DNA from: Blastocystis sp. Blastoise
Taxonomy: Eukaryota > Protista > Bigyra: Opalinata
Reading direction: 5' to 3'
Assembly (NCBI GenBank): GCA_039096225.1
Contig: JBBPEB010000028.1
Coordinates: 880,499-944,498, forward strand
DNA: 64,000 nt
Positions 48,738 through 60,800 of this stretch are shown piece by piece (position 1 is the stretch's first letter; each line of letters starts with the position of its first letter). The translations under genes and the position numbers were made by a program. Below the pieces are notes generated by a model. It saw only the letters and a list, made by a program, of their open reading frames with translations. It searched no databases and was not told where the DNA came from.

Positions 48738-48988
48738 CACTATTATATTGATATTAAAAAATAAATTAATAATTAACAATAATAATGCTTAAAATGAAGA
48801 AAAGAGAGACTCAAAAAAAAAGAAATGATTTTTTTAAATGAGAATTTTTTGAGTGAATGAATTTTATTTCTGTTTTTTGTGATTTTTATTCACTTTTGAC
48901 TTTATATATTCTTTATCTTCTGTCAATTTGTATTTTATTTGCTACAATTTGGTTTCTATTTACGTATTTAGAAACGATATCGATAAGA

Positions 48989-49342
48989 ATGACTCCTATG
49001 TTTGTTGAATGTTGTATAGATCGAGTTGCTTCAGGTCTTGAAGCTCAGAAAGGTGGTGCTCAACGTGTTGAATTATGTGACAATTTGATTGATGGAGGTA
49101 CCACACCAAGCTATGGCATGATCAAGAATATGGTAAAAGCTTTATCTATTCCTGTTAATGTGATCATTCGTCCAAGAGGTGGTGACTTTCTATTTAATGA
49201 AGATGAAATGCAAGTTATGATATCTGATATTGAAATTTGCAAAGAATTAGGCGTCGATGGTGTTGTTATTGGATGTTTAACAAAATATGGCACAGTTGAT
49301 AAAGATCAAACTAAACGTTTAATTGAAGTTGCTAGACCCATG

Positions 49343-49381
<39 letters not shown>

Positions 49382-49515
49382 GTATTTATTTATTTTATTT
49401 TATATATGTATTTATTTATTGTTTATATATATATATATATAGTGTTACTTTTCATAGAGCTATTGATATGACTGTTGATATTTATCAAGCTTTAGAAGTA
49501 TATATACATAATATG

Positions 49516-49560
<45 letters not shown>

Positions 49561-50248
49561 ATTGTATTGAACTTGGAATTGATCGTATTCTAACTTCTGG
49601 TGGGGTATATATATAAATTTTAATAAATTATATAATATTAATTTATATATATATATATATATATATATTTAAATGAATAAATAATATAATATAGTAATAA
49701 ATATATTATATGAATAGTGTAATGATGTATATACTGGTCGTGATACTTTACGTAAAATGGTAGAACAAGCTGGAGATCGCATCGTTATCATGGGTGGAGG
49801 TGGCGTCACAGAAAAAAATGTGAAGGAAATCGTAGAATATTCTGGAATACATGAAGTCCATGGAACAGGTATTTATATATATGATTTTTCTTCTTATGAT
49901 AATATATTTGTTATATTATTATATTATTTTTTTTTCTATAGCAAGAGACTATATAAATAGTGGTATGATTTATAGAAAACAAGGTGTTTTTATGGGAGGT
50001 GAAAAGGTATAATATTATTCATTTATATATAATATTTTGGTTTGAATGAAATATATTAATCTTAATATACATTTTTATTGACTTTTTTTTTGTTTTTATT
50101 TCAATACATAAAAATAAATTTCTACTCGCTATTTTTATTTCTATTAATATATATTTATATATAGAAGAATACTCAAGAATTAGAATTCCAATGGAAACAA
50201 ACCTCTAGTAAAATAGTACATGAAATTGTACATAATGCTTCTATGTAA
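48989..50248 (+). CDS. cutC: Copper homeostasis protein CutC
   Basis: GGAQRVELC, GGTTPSYG, IRPRGGDF, VTFHRAID, RILTSGG, IMGGGGV, EVH. Confidence 0.97.
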
Positions 50249-50771
50249 ATAGAATTTAAAAATTTTATTTTGAATAAAATCTATACTCCAAGTATTTTGC
50301 TTTTTAAATTTAAAAAATTTCTTTTAGTAAATAATCAAAAGAGTGTATTATGATAGATATATTACAAATAACATAAAATAGTTTAATACTATCTCATATA
50401 CATTTTTGGTTTGCTTATACAAAGATCTCTATTGCATATATGTATTTTAAAGTATCTCATACATGTGTGATTTAGAATTTAAAAAAATATTAAAAAATAT
50501 ATATATAGAAATTTTAGTTTTCAAATTAAAGAAAAAATTACTTTGTATATCTAACATATATCTAATAGTAATAATGTACACCAATGCATTTTTTATTTTC
50601 CATTTAAAAAAATTTCTATTGGGTAACATTATCAGCGATTTCCATGAATAAAAATGGTGTTCTTTGCCTCGTTTTGCTTTTTAAATGTAAGTTTTTTCAG
50701 AACAGTAAACAAGGAAAAAAGATACCCTCCACGGAATAAACTACAAAAAGAATAAAAAATATTCGAAGAAT

Positions 50772-50801
50772 AGTGGGAAAATGTGGCCACATTTTCCCAC
50801 T
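50772..50801. repeat. Perfect 30-bp palindrome AGTGGGAAAATGTGG|CCACATTTTCCCACT
   Basis: Exact 15-bp arms with no spacer. Confidence 0.95.
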
Positions 50802-51736
50802 TTTTTAAGGAGTTTTTAATTTTGATTATTTCAAATATATAGTGATTTTGGGTAATATAACCGTAATTATTTACACTTCTCTTCTCATTTTAACGTAAGC
50901 TTCTTAAGCAAATATAATATAACTGTTTAATGATTTATTTATTATTGATTATTATCCAATTTTAAAATAATGATTAGCCAATAGAAACCTTTACAAATAA
51001 TAATAATAATCTAGCCTTACATAGTATCTAATTAGAAAGCAATAAAAGAAAAAAAAAGTCCACCAAAAAACATACAATAACAAGGCGGCAAAATCTAACT
51101 TTACCACGATTTTCTGAATATTCTGCCTTCAAAAATATATATAGAGAAATAATATATATGTTTGTTAAAAAATACTAAAATAATACTATTAACTAATAGT
51201 ATTTGTAAAACTCATACAAATGAAAAAAAAAAATATAGTTAAAGGTACTTAATACATATTTAATAAATTTTAGTTCATTGATCATTCCCATTATGCACAT
51301 AATAAGAAAACAACACCTAATAGTAAATCCCAAAAAATGAAAAGTATAGACAAAATGTGAAAATTTAATCCAGAAAAATTAGAATTAAAAAAAGAGAGAA
51401 TCAATCATAATGAAGAAGTCAAACATCGAAAGAAGAAAATGATTTCTCATAATACAAGAAATCCACTAAAAGATAATATTACCGTACCAATCTCCATAGA
51501 TGATAGAATAGAAATAATGAAGGATCTAGTTCATAAGTTATCTTCTGAAAAGGAATTCTTCATAAAACATTCTAACAACCTGTATTGATGTATTTGCAAA
51601 AAATTTGTAGATCATATCAATATTGGACATATCTATTCGCATCTGAATAGTAGAGCTGGGGAAAAAAGGAGGAAAAAGTTCCCACTTTTTCCACTTTTTT
51701 CCACAAAAAAAAATTTTAATAGGAGAACCCAAAAAG

Positions 51737-51873
51737 CCAGTATTTTTAGAGAGAATTCATACTGGCCATAGTAAAATGACCAATAGGTGGGTAGCCTATT
51801 GACCATTTTACTATGGCTACTTTAAAGAAAACATCTTCTACTATGGCTTGTATGAATTACACCAGTATTTTTA
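51737..51873. mobile_element. MITE-like foldback element
   Basis: 12-bp direct repeats CCAGTATTTTTA at 51737 and 51862 flank 18/20-nt inverted ends AATTCATAC-NN-GCCATAGTA. Internal 23-bp inverted repeat at 51765-51787 / 51795-51817. Confidence 0.45.
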
Positions 51874-51976
51874 TATTGATTTTCATGAATATAATGACAT
51901 TTTCTGTTATTAGTCTTAAAAATATACAAATTGGAATATATAACTGTATATTTATTTAATAAGGGATTATTGATTA

Positions 51977-52211
51977 CTAGCGAGTGGCATCGGCTTCGCC
52001 GATGCTTCCTATCCTTTAGAGTTTTATAATTTATATAAATACTATTTTAAAAATATACTATCATATAGATAAGTAAAAATACTTTTTAATAGTATTTCAT
52101 GATTTATAATAGTTTCATTAATGAAACATCTCAAATAAGTTTATCTAATATAAATGACATTCATCTTAGAAAGATATTATGATATGAAAAAAACAATAAT
52201 TTTATTAATTA
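51977..52211 (-). mobile_element. 3' terminus of a second Helitron family, adjoined or interrupted by Helitron copy A
   Basis: Perfect hairpin GCATCGGC-GAA-GCCGATGC (51987-52005) 10 nt before CTAG|T. Confidence 0.7.
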
Positions 52212-55137
52212 CTAGGGTCACGCCGCAGGTCCGGGGCCTAACGGCACCGGACCGCGGCTGCATAAAATAATAACAGTTTGGCTTTTATTTTCTTTTTTTC
52301 ATTATTATATATTATCTATTATATATTATTATTTATTATTTATTATCTATTATATATTATCTATTATATATTATTATTTATTATTTATTATCTATTATAT
52401 ATTATATATTATATATTATTATCTATTATATATTATATATTATATATTATATATTATATATTATATATTATATATTATATATTATATATTATATATTATA
52501 TATTATATATTATATATTATATATTATATATTATATATTATATATTATATATTATATATTATATATTATATATTATATATTATATATTATATATTATATA
52601 TTATATATTATATATTATATATTACTTTAATAACACTTCTTATACTCTATATGGAGAGTTACAATCATTTATTGATTGTAATCAGGTTCAATTCCTGATA
52701 TAAGAATTAAATAAATTCTTTAAATGATATCAAAAAAACTAAAAACAATACTTGAAAGAAAATAAAAAAACTATTTTGAATCATTATACATATTATTTAT
52801 TATTTTTAAAATATATTTTGTATTTATTAATAATTATACAACTGTTTTAAACATTTTGTGAGTTTTTAAAGTCAATAACTTTAGAAATGAGTCACAATGT
52901 GAAGAACTCTGAAGTATTTTTAATTCATAAAATTTATTTAAATAAACGTAATATAATGATTTAAACTCATTTTCATACTTTTTAAAAGAATTTTGAAGTT
53001 TTAATCATAACAAAGTCAGCATTCATTCTAACTTTGACTAATAAAACATGGTTTAAAAAGTTAATATTTTTATATTCGTCTCAAATAATGATTTTAAACA
53101 TAAATAACTCAAAATAGTAACTTTTAAAGAGACTTTACCCATTCAAGATCCACTGTATCAAAACAGTTTCCGTCAGTCTTTTGATATAGTATAGAGTTTA
53201 TCATACTATTTATTAAATAAAAGTAAATGTTTTGAATCTCTTTCTTAAAGACCTTTTTTGACACATTATGAAAAGTTGACACACTTAAATTCATTTTTAT
53301 AAGCTAATATTTACATACTATACTCAGTATAGTGTTAGCTACACATTGGTGATCACTTTAAAACATTTTATAAACCTTTTGCATTTGCTCATTTACTTCG
53401 ACCAAAATATTTTCGTCCCTCCTTTTGACATAATATAGAGTGTGTGCTCTAGTTATATGAAAGTGAGATGGAATTTTGAATCTCGTCCTCTAAGTCAAAC
53501 ATTTTCACATTTTTCAAAATTAAGACCCTTAGAGTTGATTTTTGAAGTTAATTTTTCTACAGTGTTCCAAAAACACGATTTTGCTCAAACTGAGTGAAAA
53601 ATATTTTTTCAATAACTCTCACAACCCTTCACACATGCAGTCTCTAAAAATAGATTTTGCTATATTTTTGATATGTTGTAGAGTGTCTCTTAGTGTATAC
53701 TGAACAATATCTCGTTTCTTAAAACTCTCATTTTATGACTCTCTTTGAACATATTTTTACTAATTGAAAGACTTAAACATATTTTTAAAAGCTAATATTT
53801 TCATAGTAGACTTTATATGACCCTATAAGCACATTAGTCATCACTTTAGACTTTTTAAAGACACTTTACCATTTGGTCATACACTCTGATCAAAATATTT
53901 TTGTCCCTTCTTTTAACATAATATAGGTCATACACTCTAGTTTAATGAATAAACACTCAAATATTGAATCTCGTCCTCTAAGTCACTCATTTTTACATTT
54001 TTCAAAATTTAAGACCCTTAGAGTTGTTTTTTTGGCTCAATTTTTCTACAGTGCACGAAATTCACGATTTCGCTCAAACTGAAGTAAAAATAAATTTTAG
54101 ATAATATTCACAACCCTTCACACATCCACTCTCTAAAAATTATTTTAACTGTACTTTTGATATGTTGTAGAGCTACTATAGCTGTACACTAATTAATATC
54201 TCTAAATTTTTTATTCATAGTTTAAGACTATGTTTTATACATTCTTTTAAATTTGACAACCTTAAACTATTTATTTAAAGCTCTTATTCATAGAATAAAC
54301 TTAATACATGATTCTATACACATATATAAACCCTTTTACTTTTTAAGACACATTTTGTCATTTGGTCATACACTTTGACCTTCATAATTTTGACTCTCCT
54401 TTTAATATAGTATAGAGTAATATCTCAAGTTTACTAAACAAAAGTCATTATATTGAATCTTATCCTCTAAGACCACTTAATTCACATTTTTCAAAATTGT
54501 CACTTTTAAACTCGTTATTTTAAGACTTTGTTTTAACTATAGTAGTTTGAGGACCTATTGATTACTATGATACAATATTAGTCCATTATAAGAAGATCGA
54601 AGAAAATATCGATCACTCAAAAATCGTCCTCAGGAGCTCAAAATTGGCACACCTAGGTTTTTTGACCTCCTGAATCAGAATATCATGTCAAAATAAGAAT
54701 CTAAATTTGACCGTTAAGGCCTCACGTGTTCAATATGAAAAAGTATTAAAAAATAGATAAATATAAAGAATAAACACGGATAACGTATATTGTGGGATTG
54801 AGAAAAAATCAAGTTTACCCCATGTTTATTTTCCAATTGTCTGGTCAACAATTTTTATCGGGGTCATCCCAAAGAGCCAATCAAAAACGACTCAAAAATC
54901 ATGTTTTCTGTTTTTTTATTAATAACTTTTTAATTATTAATAATATCGCTTAACCAAATATACGGTGCAAAACTACACGTTATATCCTATTGAACTGTGT
55001 TTTAACCAAAAGTTAACTCCCCGTAAGTTTAGAGGAGTTGTGTCCACAAACTATAGTATACATTAGCCAATCAAATGCATTTTCCAAAAACTGACCAATG
55101 GGAATTTTTTTGCCTATTCTCATATATATAGTAATGA
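52212..55137 (-). mobile_element. Non-autonomous Helitron, family 1, copy A (2926 bp)
   Basis: 5' A|TCATTACTATATATATGAG; 3' GC hairpin GCCGCGGTCCGG...CCGGACCTGCGGC then GTGACCCTAG|T. A|T target, no TSD, no Rep/helicase ORF. Both ends shared with copy B. Confidence 0.9.
53170..54540. repeat. Internal tandem repeat with a ~489-bp unit (about 3 diverged units) in Helitron A
   Basis: GAATCTyrTCCTCTAAG recurs at 53478, 53966 and 54455. Confidence 0.8.
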
Positions 55138-56047
55138 TTTCAAGTTATTCTGCTTAAATTATTCTTTCTTTAATGTTAATTTATTAATAATTAAATTTTT
55201 ATTGGGATAATTCCCAATAGTCAAGAATTTAGGTAGTCAGTTTCCATATTGACATTTGTTATTTTAAAAGTTCCAAGTTGACATTTGATGTCTTTAAATG
55301 TGTAGTGTTTGACTATTTAAAGAAGTTATGTTAATTATTATGCTTTGGTAAACTACTAATCATTCAATAGTCATGTTTTATTATATATTGGGTATGTACC
55401 ACAACATTGAATTGTAACAAGTATATGTAGAAAAAATATAATGATACTAAAACCATATATAAATGTATTATACAGGAATTTATATAAAATATTGTCAGTT
55501 AAGCTTAAAAGAATTACAATTAATAATTCATTTAGTTTTATAAGATAAATTTATGATACTAATCCCATTAATATTTATTTAAATTACGTTTTTCCTTTAT
55601 ATAGAGATTTATTTTTTATAATAATATGTATTGTTGAGAGATGAGAAAAATCTAATTGATTATATTCATTATTTAAAAGTTTTTTATATTATACATAAAG
55701 AGCCATTACTAGTTTTGATGTAATAAATCATTAACACAGAAATACTATATTAGTTTTAACACAACAACATCATCAGTTTTCAGATATCACAGAATATGGA
55801 AACATCTTGTCAATCGTTTTTATTAAACTAGTCAAAAGCAAACAGACAGAAACAATTATTTCCTTTGTTTAGTTTTGGTTTATCTGTAAAAGCAAAATTA
55901 TATTAAATAACACAAGATAAAACTAAATAAACTATTATGAAAAAATCATGGCTAAAAAATAAAATATAAACAAATAATCGATAAAAAACATACTAGATAT
56001 AAAAATATTTTATAAACTAAAAGAATAACTTTTTAAGATAATAATAT

Positions 56048-56413
56048 TTATTTATCTTTTTGTTTTCTTTTTCTTCTACCTGTTGACAGAGCTGCATTTC
56101 TTGTAAAATTATTTGGCTTCAAATTTGTTAAGCTTTCAGTAGCTCTTCGTTTCATTGAAGGTGTGGGGTTAATTCTTAGATTATAACGAGAATTAGTATC
56201 TTTCACATCATAGTTACCAATTTTTTCTTTTTCAAATACTGTTATTTGCTCCAAATTTTCAATAGTATCATTCATATCTCTATCTACAATATCTAATTTT
56301 CTTTTTGAATATGTTTTTAGTTTTGATAAGATTTCCAGTAAGCACCTATGACGATATATAACCTGCCTACCAACTTTCGATACCAGATAGAGCGGTTCAC
56401 GAAGAACATAAAT
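56048..56413 (-). pseudogene. Open frame resembling the C-terminal tail of a Ty3/Gypsy integrase (relic)
   Basis: Stop-free frame of 121 codons: EPLYLVSKVGRQVIYRHRCLL (cf. PVYxV...G...LHRNLL) followed by RYNLR. No upstream core. Confidence 0.3.
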
Positions 56414-56827
56414 CTAGAGACTTGGAAAATTATTCCCGCAGGAATTTCAAAAATTGCACTTCTCAAATTGCACTTTTTTTGAATTGACAAAAATATATTA
56501 TTGCCACAATTAGCTATATGTATAGTTGCTATGCTCTATTCTTGATCAATATTTCTTTAATAGTGCGTGATTGTTTTATTTATAAAAGAATTAATGTTCT
56601 TGTGGCACTTTAGCAGAAAATATTAGACATTCCATTTACAAAAGTCTTCTTAAATGGCTTTAAAGAATGATATATGAAAATAAAATGCACTCTTAGTGTT
56701 TCTAGTCATATACAACTGAGAATCATAAAATTCCTATTAAATTATAACGAAATTAAGTGATTATCCTCCATTTTTTTTGTGGATTTATCTAACATTTTTT
56801 CTTTCACTATTATCTAGATTATATATA

Positions 56828-57509
56828 CTAGGGTCACGCCGCAGGTCCAGTGCCTAACGGCCCCGGACCGCGGCTGCATAAAATCATATATATTTGGCTT
56901 TTTGTATCTTTTATCATTTATTATCTATTGTTATTTATTATTTATCATTTATTTTATATTATTATTTATTATCTATTATTATTTATTATTTATTATCTAT
57001 TATCTATTATTTTTAATTTACTGTATATTATTATTTATTATCTATTATTTATTACATTTCTTATACTCTATATGGAGAGTTATAATCAGTAAATGATTGT
57101 AATCAGGTTCAATTCCTGATATAAGTATCTTTTAGATTCTTTTTTATAATATGTAAAAAACTAAAAGAATTTCTTAGATACTAAAAACGAAATTTGTATT
57201 ATTATATATTATTTATTATTTTAAAAATATATTTTGTATTTAGTAATAATTAAACAACTGTTTTAAACATTTTTTTGAGTTTTTAAAGTCAACAACTTTA
57301 GAAATGAGTCACAATGTGAAGTACTCTTGAGTATTTTTAATTCATAAAATTCATTTAAATAAACGTAATATAATGATTTAAACTCATTTCAATACTTTTT
57401 AAAAGAATTAGAAAGCTTTAATCATAACAAAGTCAGCATTCACTGTTATTCTGTTTTCACGGGAGGAAAAAAGCGACAAATGAGAATTCCTGACTTGTTT
57501 ATTATCAGA
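56828..57509 (-). mobile_element. Short or chimeric Helitron, family 1, copy C
   Basis: Same hairpin and CTAG|T 3' end. Similarity to copy A stops at about 57442. Candidate alternative 5' ends A|TCTGATAATAAA (57509) or A|TCTATTAGAATAAAA (57851). Confidence 0.7.
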
Positions 57510-57899
57510 TTTTTTAAGACAGTAAGTATAAGAGTTACACGGGAAATCGAATAAATAAAAATTGATTTTATTGGATTAAATAATTTTAGTGGCAAATAAA
57601 CTGAAGGTTTTTATTTAACTTTAACCAATGAAAGTATTAATAAAACTACAGAGAAAATTATAGAATTTTCTTTTTCTAAACAGTAATCAAATTAAAATGT
57701 TTCTATTGGATTAAATAGTTATAATGACAAATGAACTGACTGCTTTTATTTGACTTTAACCAATGATAGTATTAAGAAACTACAAAAAGGAAACAATAAC
57801 ATTTTCAGTTTTTAACAAATAATCATCTAAAAAAGTTTTTATTCTAATAGATATATTATCATATCCTAGAAGTTTTAGTTTTTTTTAAATTTTGTATTA

Positions 57900-60800
57900 T
57901 CATTACTATATATATGAGAATAGGCAAAAAAATTCCCATTGGTCAGTTTTTGGAAAATGCATTTGATTGGCTAATGTATACTATAGTTTGTGGACACAAC
58001 TCCTCTAAACTTACGGGGAGTTAATGTTTGGTTGAAACACAGTTCAATAGGATATAACATGTAGTTTTGCACCGTATATTTGGTTAAGCGATATTATTAA
58101 TATCCTTAATTTAGTTCATGTAGCGTACGGTGTCTCACACACTTTCACTATTATTGACTTTGTTATTAACTTTTATAAAATAAAAATTACATCATAAAAT
58201 CCGGAACACAATTCTGAAAATGACTGTTAAAAAAATTTTTCGAAAATTCTAAATTTCTGGCTAAAAAACGCAAAAAACCATTTTCGCACAAAATTTTAAC
58301 CAAAATTATTGGATTATTTTTTTTTTATCCAATGTTATTCATTTTTATAAAAACACTTATTTTTCGTTTTTCATTTTTTATTGTTTTCTTATTTTTCCTA
58401 TATCTATTAACATACTCTATATTTATTTTTATAAAATTAACTTTTATTGACGGGTTGGTCTTATAAATAGTTTTGACGGGTAGATTTGTTTATATTTACA
58501 ACTTGACAACATATCAATACACACATTACTAACTATAAACTCTAAAGTGGTTTCAGTTGTCATGACAATGACCTTAACTACTCTGAAACAACAATAAATC
58601 TTTTAAATAACGACAAAAGACAAACTGATATCCAACACATTCCTTCTTAATAAACTTATTTGAGCTTTAATGTATTTAGTTAACTCTATATCCGTCATAA
58701 ATATGTTTTATATTTTAATTATATCTTTTAATAAGAAAATATTTGTTTATAAAAATTTTTCATCTTTGATAACCAATTTTGTTATCATCAGATCTCAGTC
58801 AATATTCAACATATAATAAAAATAAAAACATATTTGTAAACAAGACAACCTAGATGTCATCCGTTTTTTATATTTTTGTTTAATATTTAATATTGACCGA
58901 GATATGTTAATTTATATGAAAAACATAAAAATGAAATTTTTCTAAAAATGGTATATTTTGTTATCATCAGTTCTCAGTCAATATTTTATAAAATAAAAAG
59001 GTTAAAGCTTATTTAGATATAGGACGACCTAAATGTCATCCGTTTTTGCCATTTTTTTAAAATATTAAAAAATGAAGTCACAGGAGACAATAGTTAAACT
59101 CAATAAAAAAATGACGTTCGAAATTTTTGTTAAAATTTTTTCATTTGTTTGTTGTCAATAATTTCATCATTTATAAATATATTTGATATTTGACTCTATA
59201 TTGAATCACTAAATACCAAAATAAACATATTTTATTATTTTATTTTGTTTTTAAAAGACTTTGACAACAGATCACCAGACAATGTTAACTCAATAAACTC
59301 TTAAAACGTTTAGATTAGTGTTTAGAATCACTCATAGACACTGAACGTGACTTATTTACAAAAGTTAAGACAACATGTTGAACTGATAGTGACAATGTTT
59401 GTTTTAAAAAGTCAGTTGTCAGTCTTTATGATTTGGAAATGTCATAAATAAGCTTTAAATAAGAAAATTAGTTTTTAAAAATCTTTAATTAGTGAAATAA
59501 GTCGTTTAAAAAAAAGAAAACATTTTTGATACTATAGTTTGTTTTGACAATTTCTCCATCAATATTAATTTTTAAAAAATAAATAAAACTTATTTATAAA
59601 CTAGATAACATATAGTTTATATATTTAGAAAAATATTATCAAAATATAAAATAACTTTTGAGATAAAAAATTATATATGCAAAACATAAAAATTATTTTT
59701 TTTGAAAAAAGGGTATACTTTATAACATTAATTTCTCAGTCAATATTTAATTATTTTATATAATTATAACAAATAAATATAGAGAATAAAACATATTAAT
59801 AATATAAATTTTAATATTTAAAATTAATTAAGAAATGAGTTTAGTAGAGTCAATAGTATAACATGTTAAAAAACTGAAAATTGAAAAATCTTTTTTCTAA
59901 AAATTTTCTGAAAGTTGACAAATCAAATTCATATTTGACAATTAATTTTTACATATTTGAAAACTAGACTACATATGTATTGCATTTCTCAAAAAAATAG
60001 TCAAAAGTGGAGTTGACGAGTATATGAGTATATGCACATGTTGACTCATAATTTTGTAAAAAGTAGTTCAATGTGTCCTAAATCACATATCAAAGCAATT
60101 CTATAAATATTATCACTTTATAATGAGTTTAAAGGGTAAAATAATTTTGAATTGTCTGTTTGACTGTCTTAAGTGAAGAGATTCAATACACTTTTTGTAA
60201 AAATGAGTATTAAAGTGTTTAATGTTTATAATAATAAAAGAATTGTTTGAAATAAAGGTGGTTGTGTGTTTGACCAAAATGTTAAAATGAGTCTATTTTT
60301 TAAATATGGTTGTAATAAGTATGTATAGAGTGTTTTTAAATTGTTTTATATTAAAATCTACAATAAATAAATATTTTAAGTTGTTTAAAAAATTATTCTT
60401 TTAGAATTACAATAGTTAAGTCAAGAGATTCAAGTTACCTTTTATTAAAATAATAAATAGACTTATTATAGAACATAAAATATTAAAAATTAGTTTAATT
60501 AAACATGGTTGACTGCTTGATAGGAATGTTAAAATGGGTAAAATGATTTTAATTGCTTCTAAAACCGTATAATACGTTTTTTTGTCACTAAATACAAAAC
60601 TATTATTGTTTAAAGAATGTTTTTTGTCTTTCAAAAGAACTCATTTTTTGTAATTGTGACTTTAAATAAATGAAATTCAAGTTATTCTTTATAAATAAAA
60701 ATAATAAATCAAATATATATGTATATTAGCACAAAATTCGTTTTAATAAAAGTGAGTATATGTATTTCAAAATGTTATAGTTTTTTAGAGTTTTTTTATA

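Noticed and set aside
51987-52260. GC hairpins as tRNA fragments or rho-independent terminators
   Set aside because: Eukaryotic context, no cloverleaf, and a fixed spacing to CTAG|T that identifies Helitron termini.
52278-52703. Duplicated hydrophobic ORFs MAFIFFFSLL... (also 62866-63120 and 56850-57096)
   Set aside because: They arise from a TA-rich microsatellite inside the Helitron 3' region; non-ATG starts and variable lengths.
53170-54540. CRISPR-like repeat-spacer array
   Set aside because: Units are long diverged tandem duplications with no unique spacers and no cas genes.
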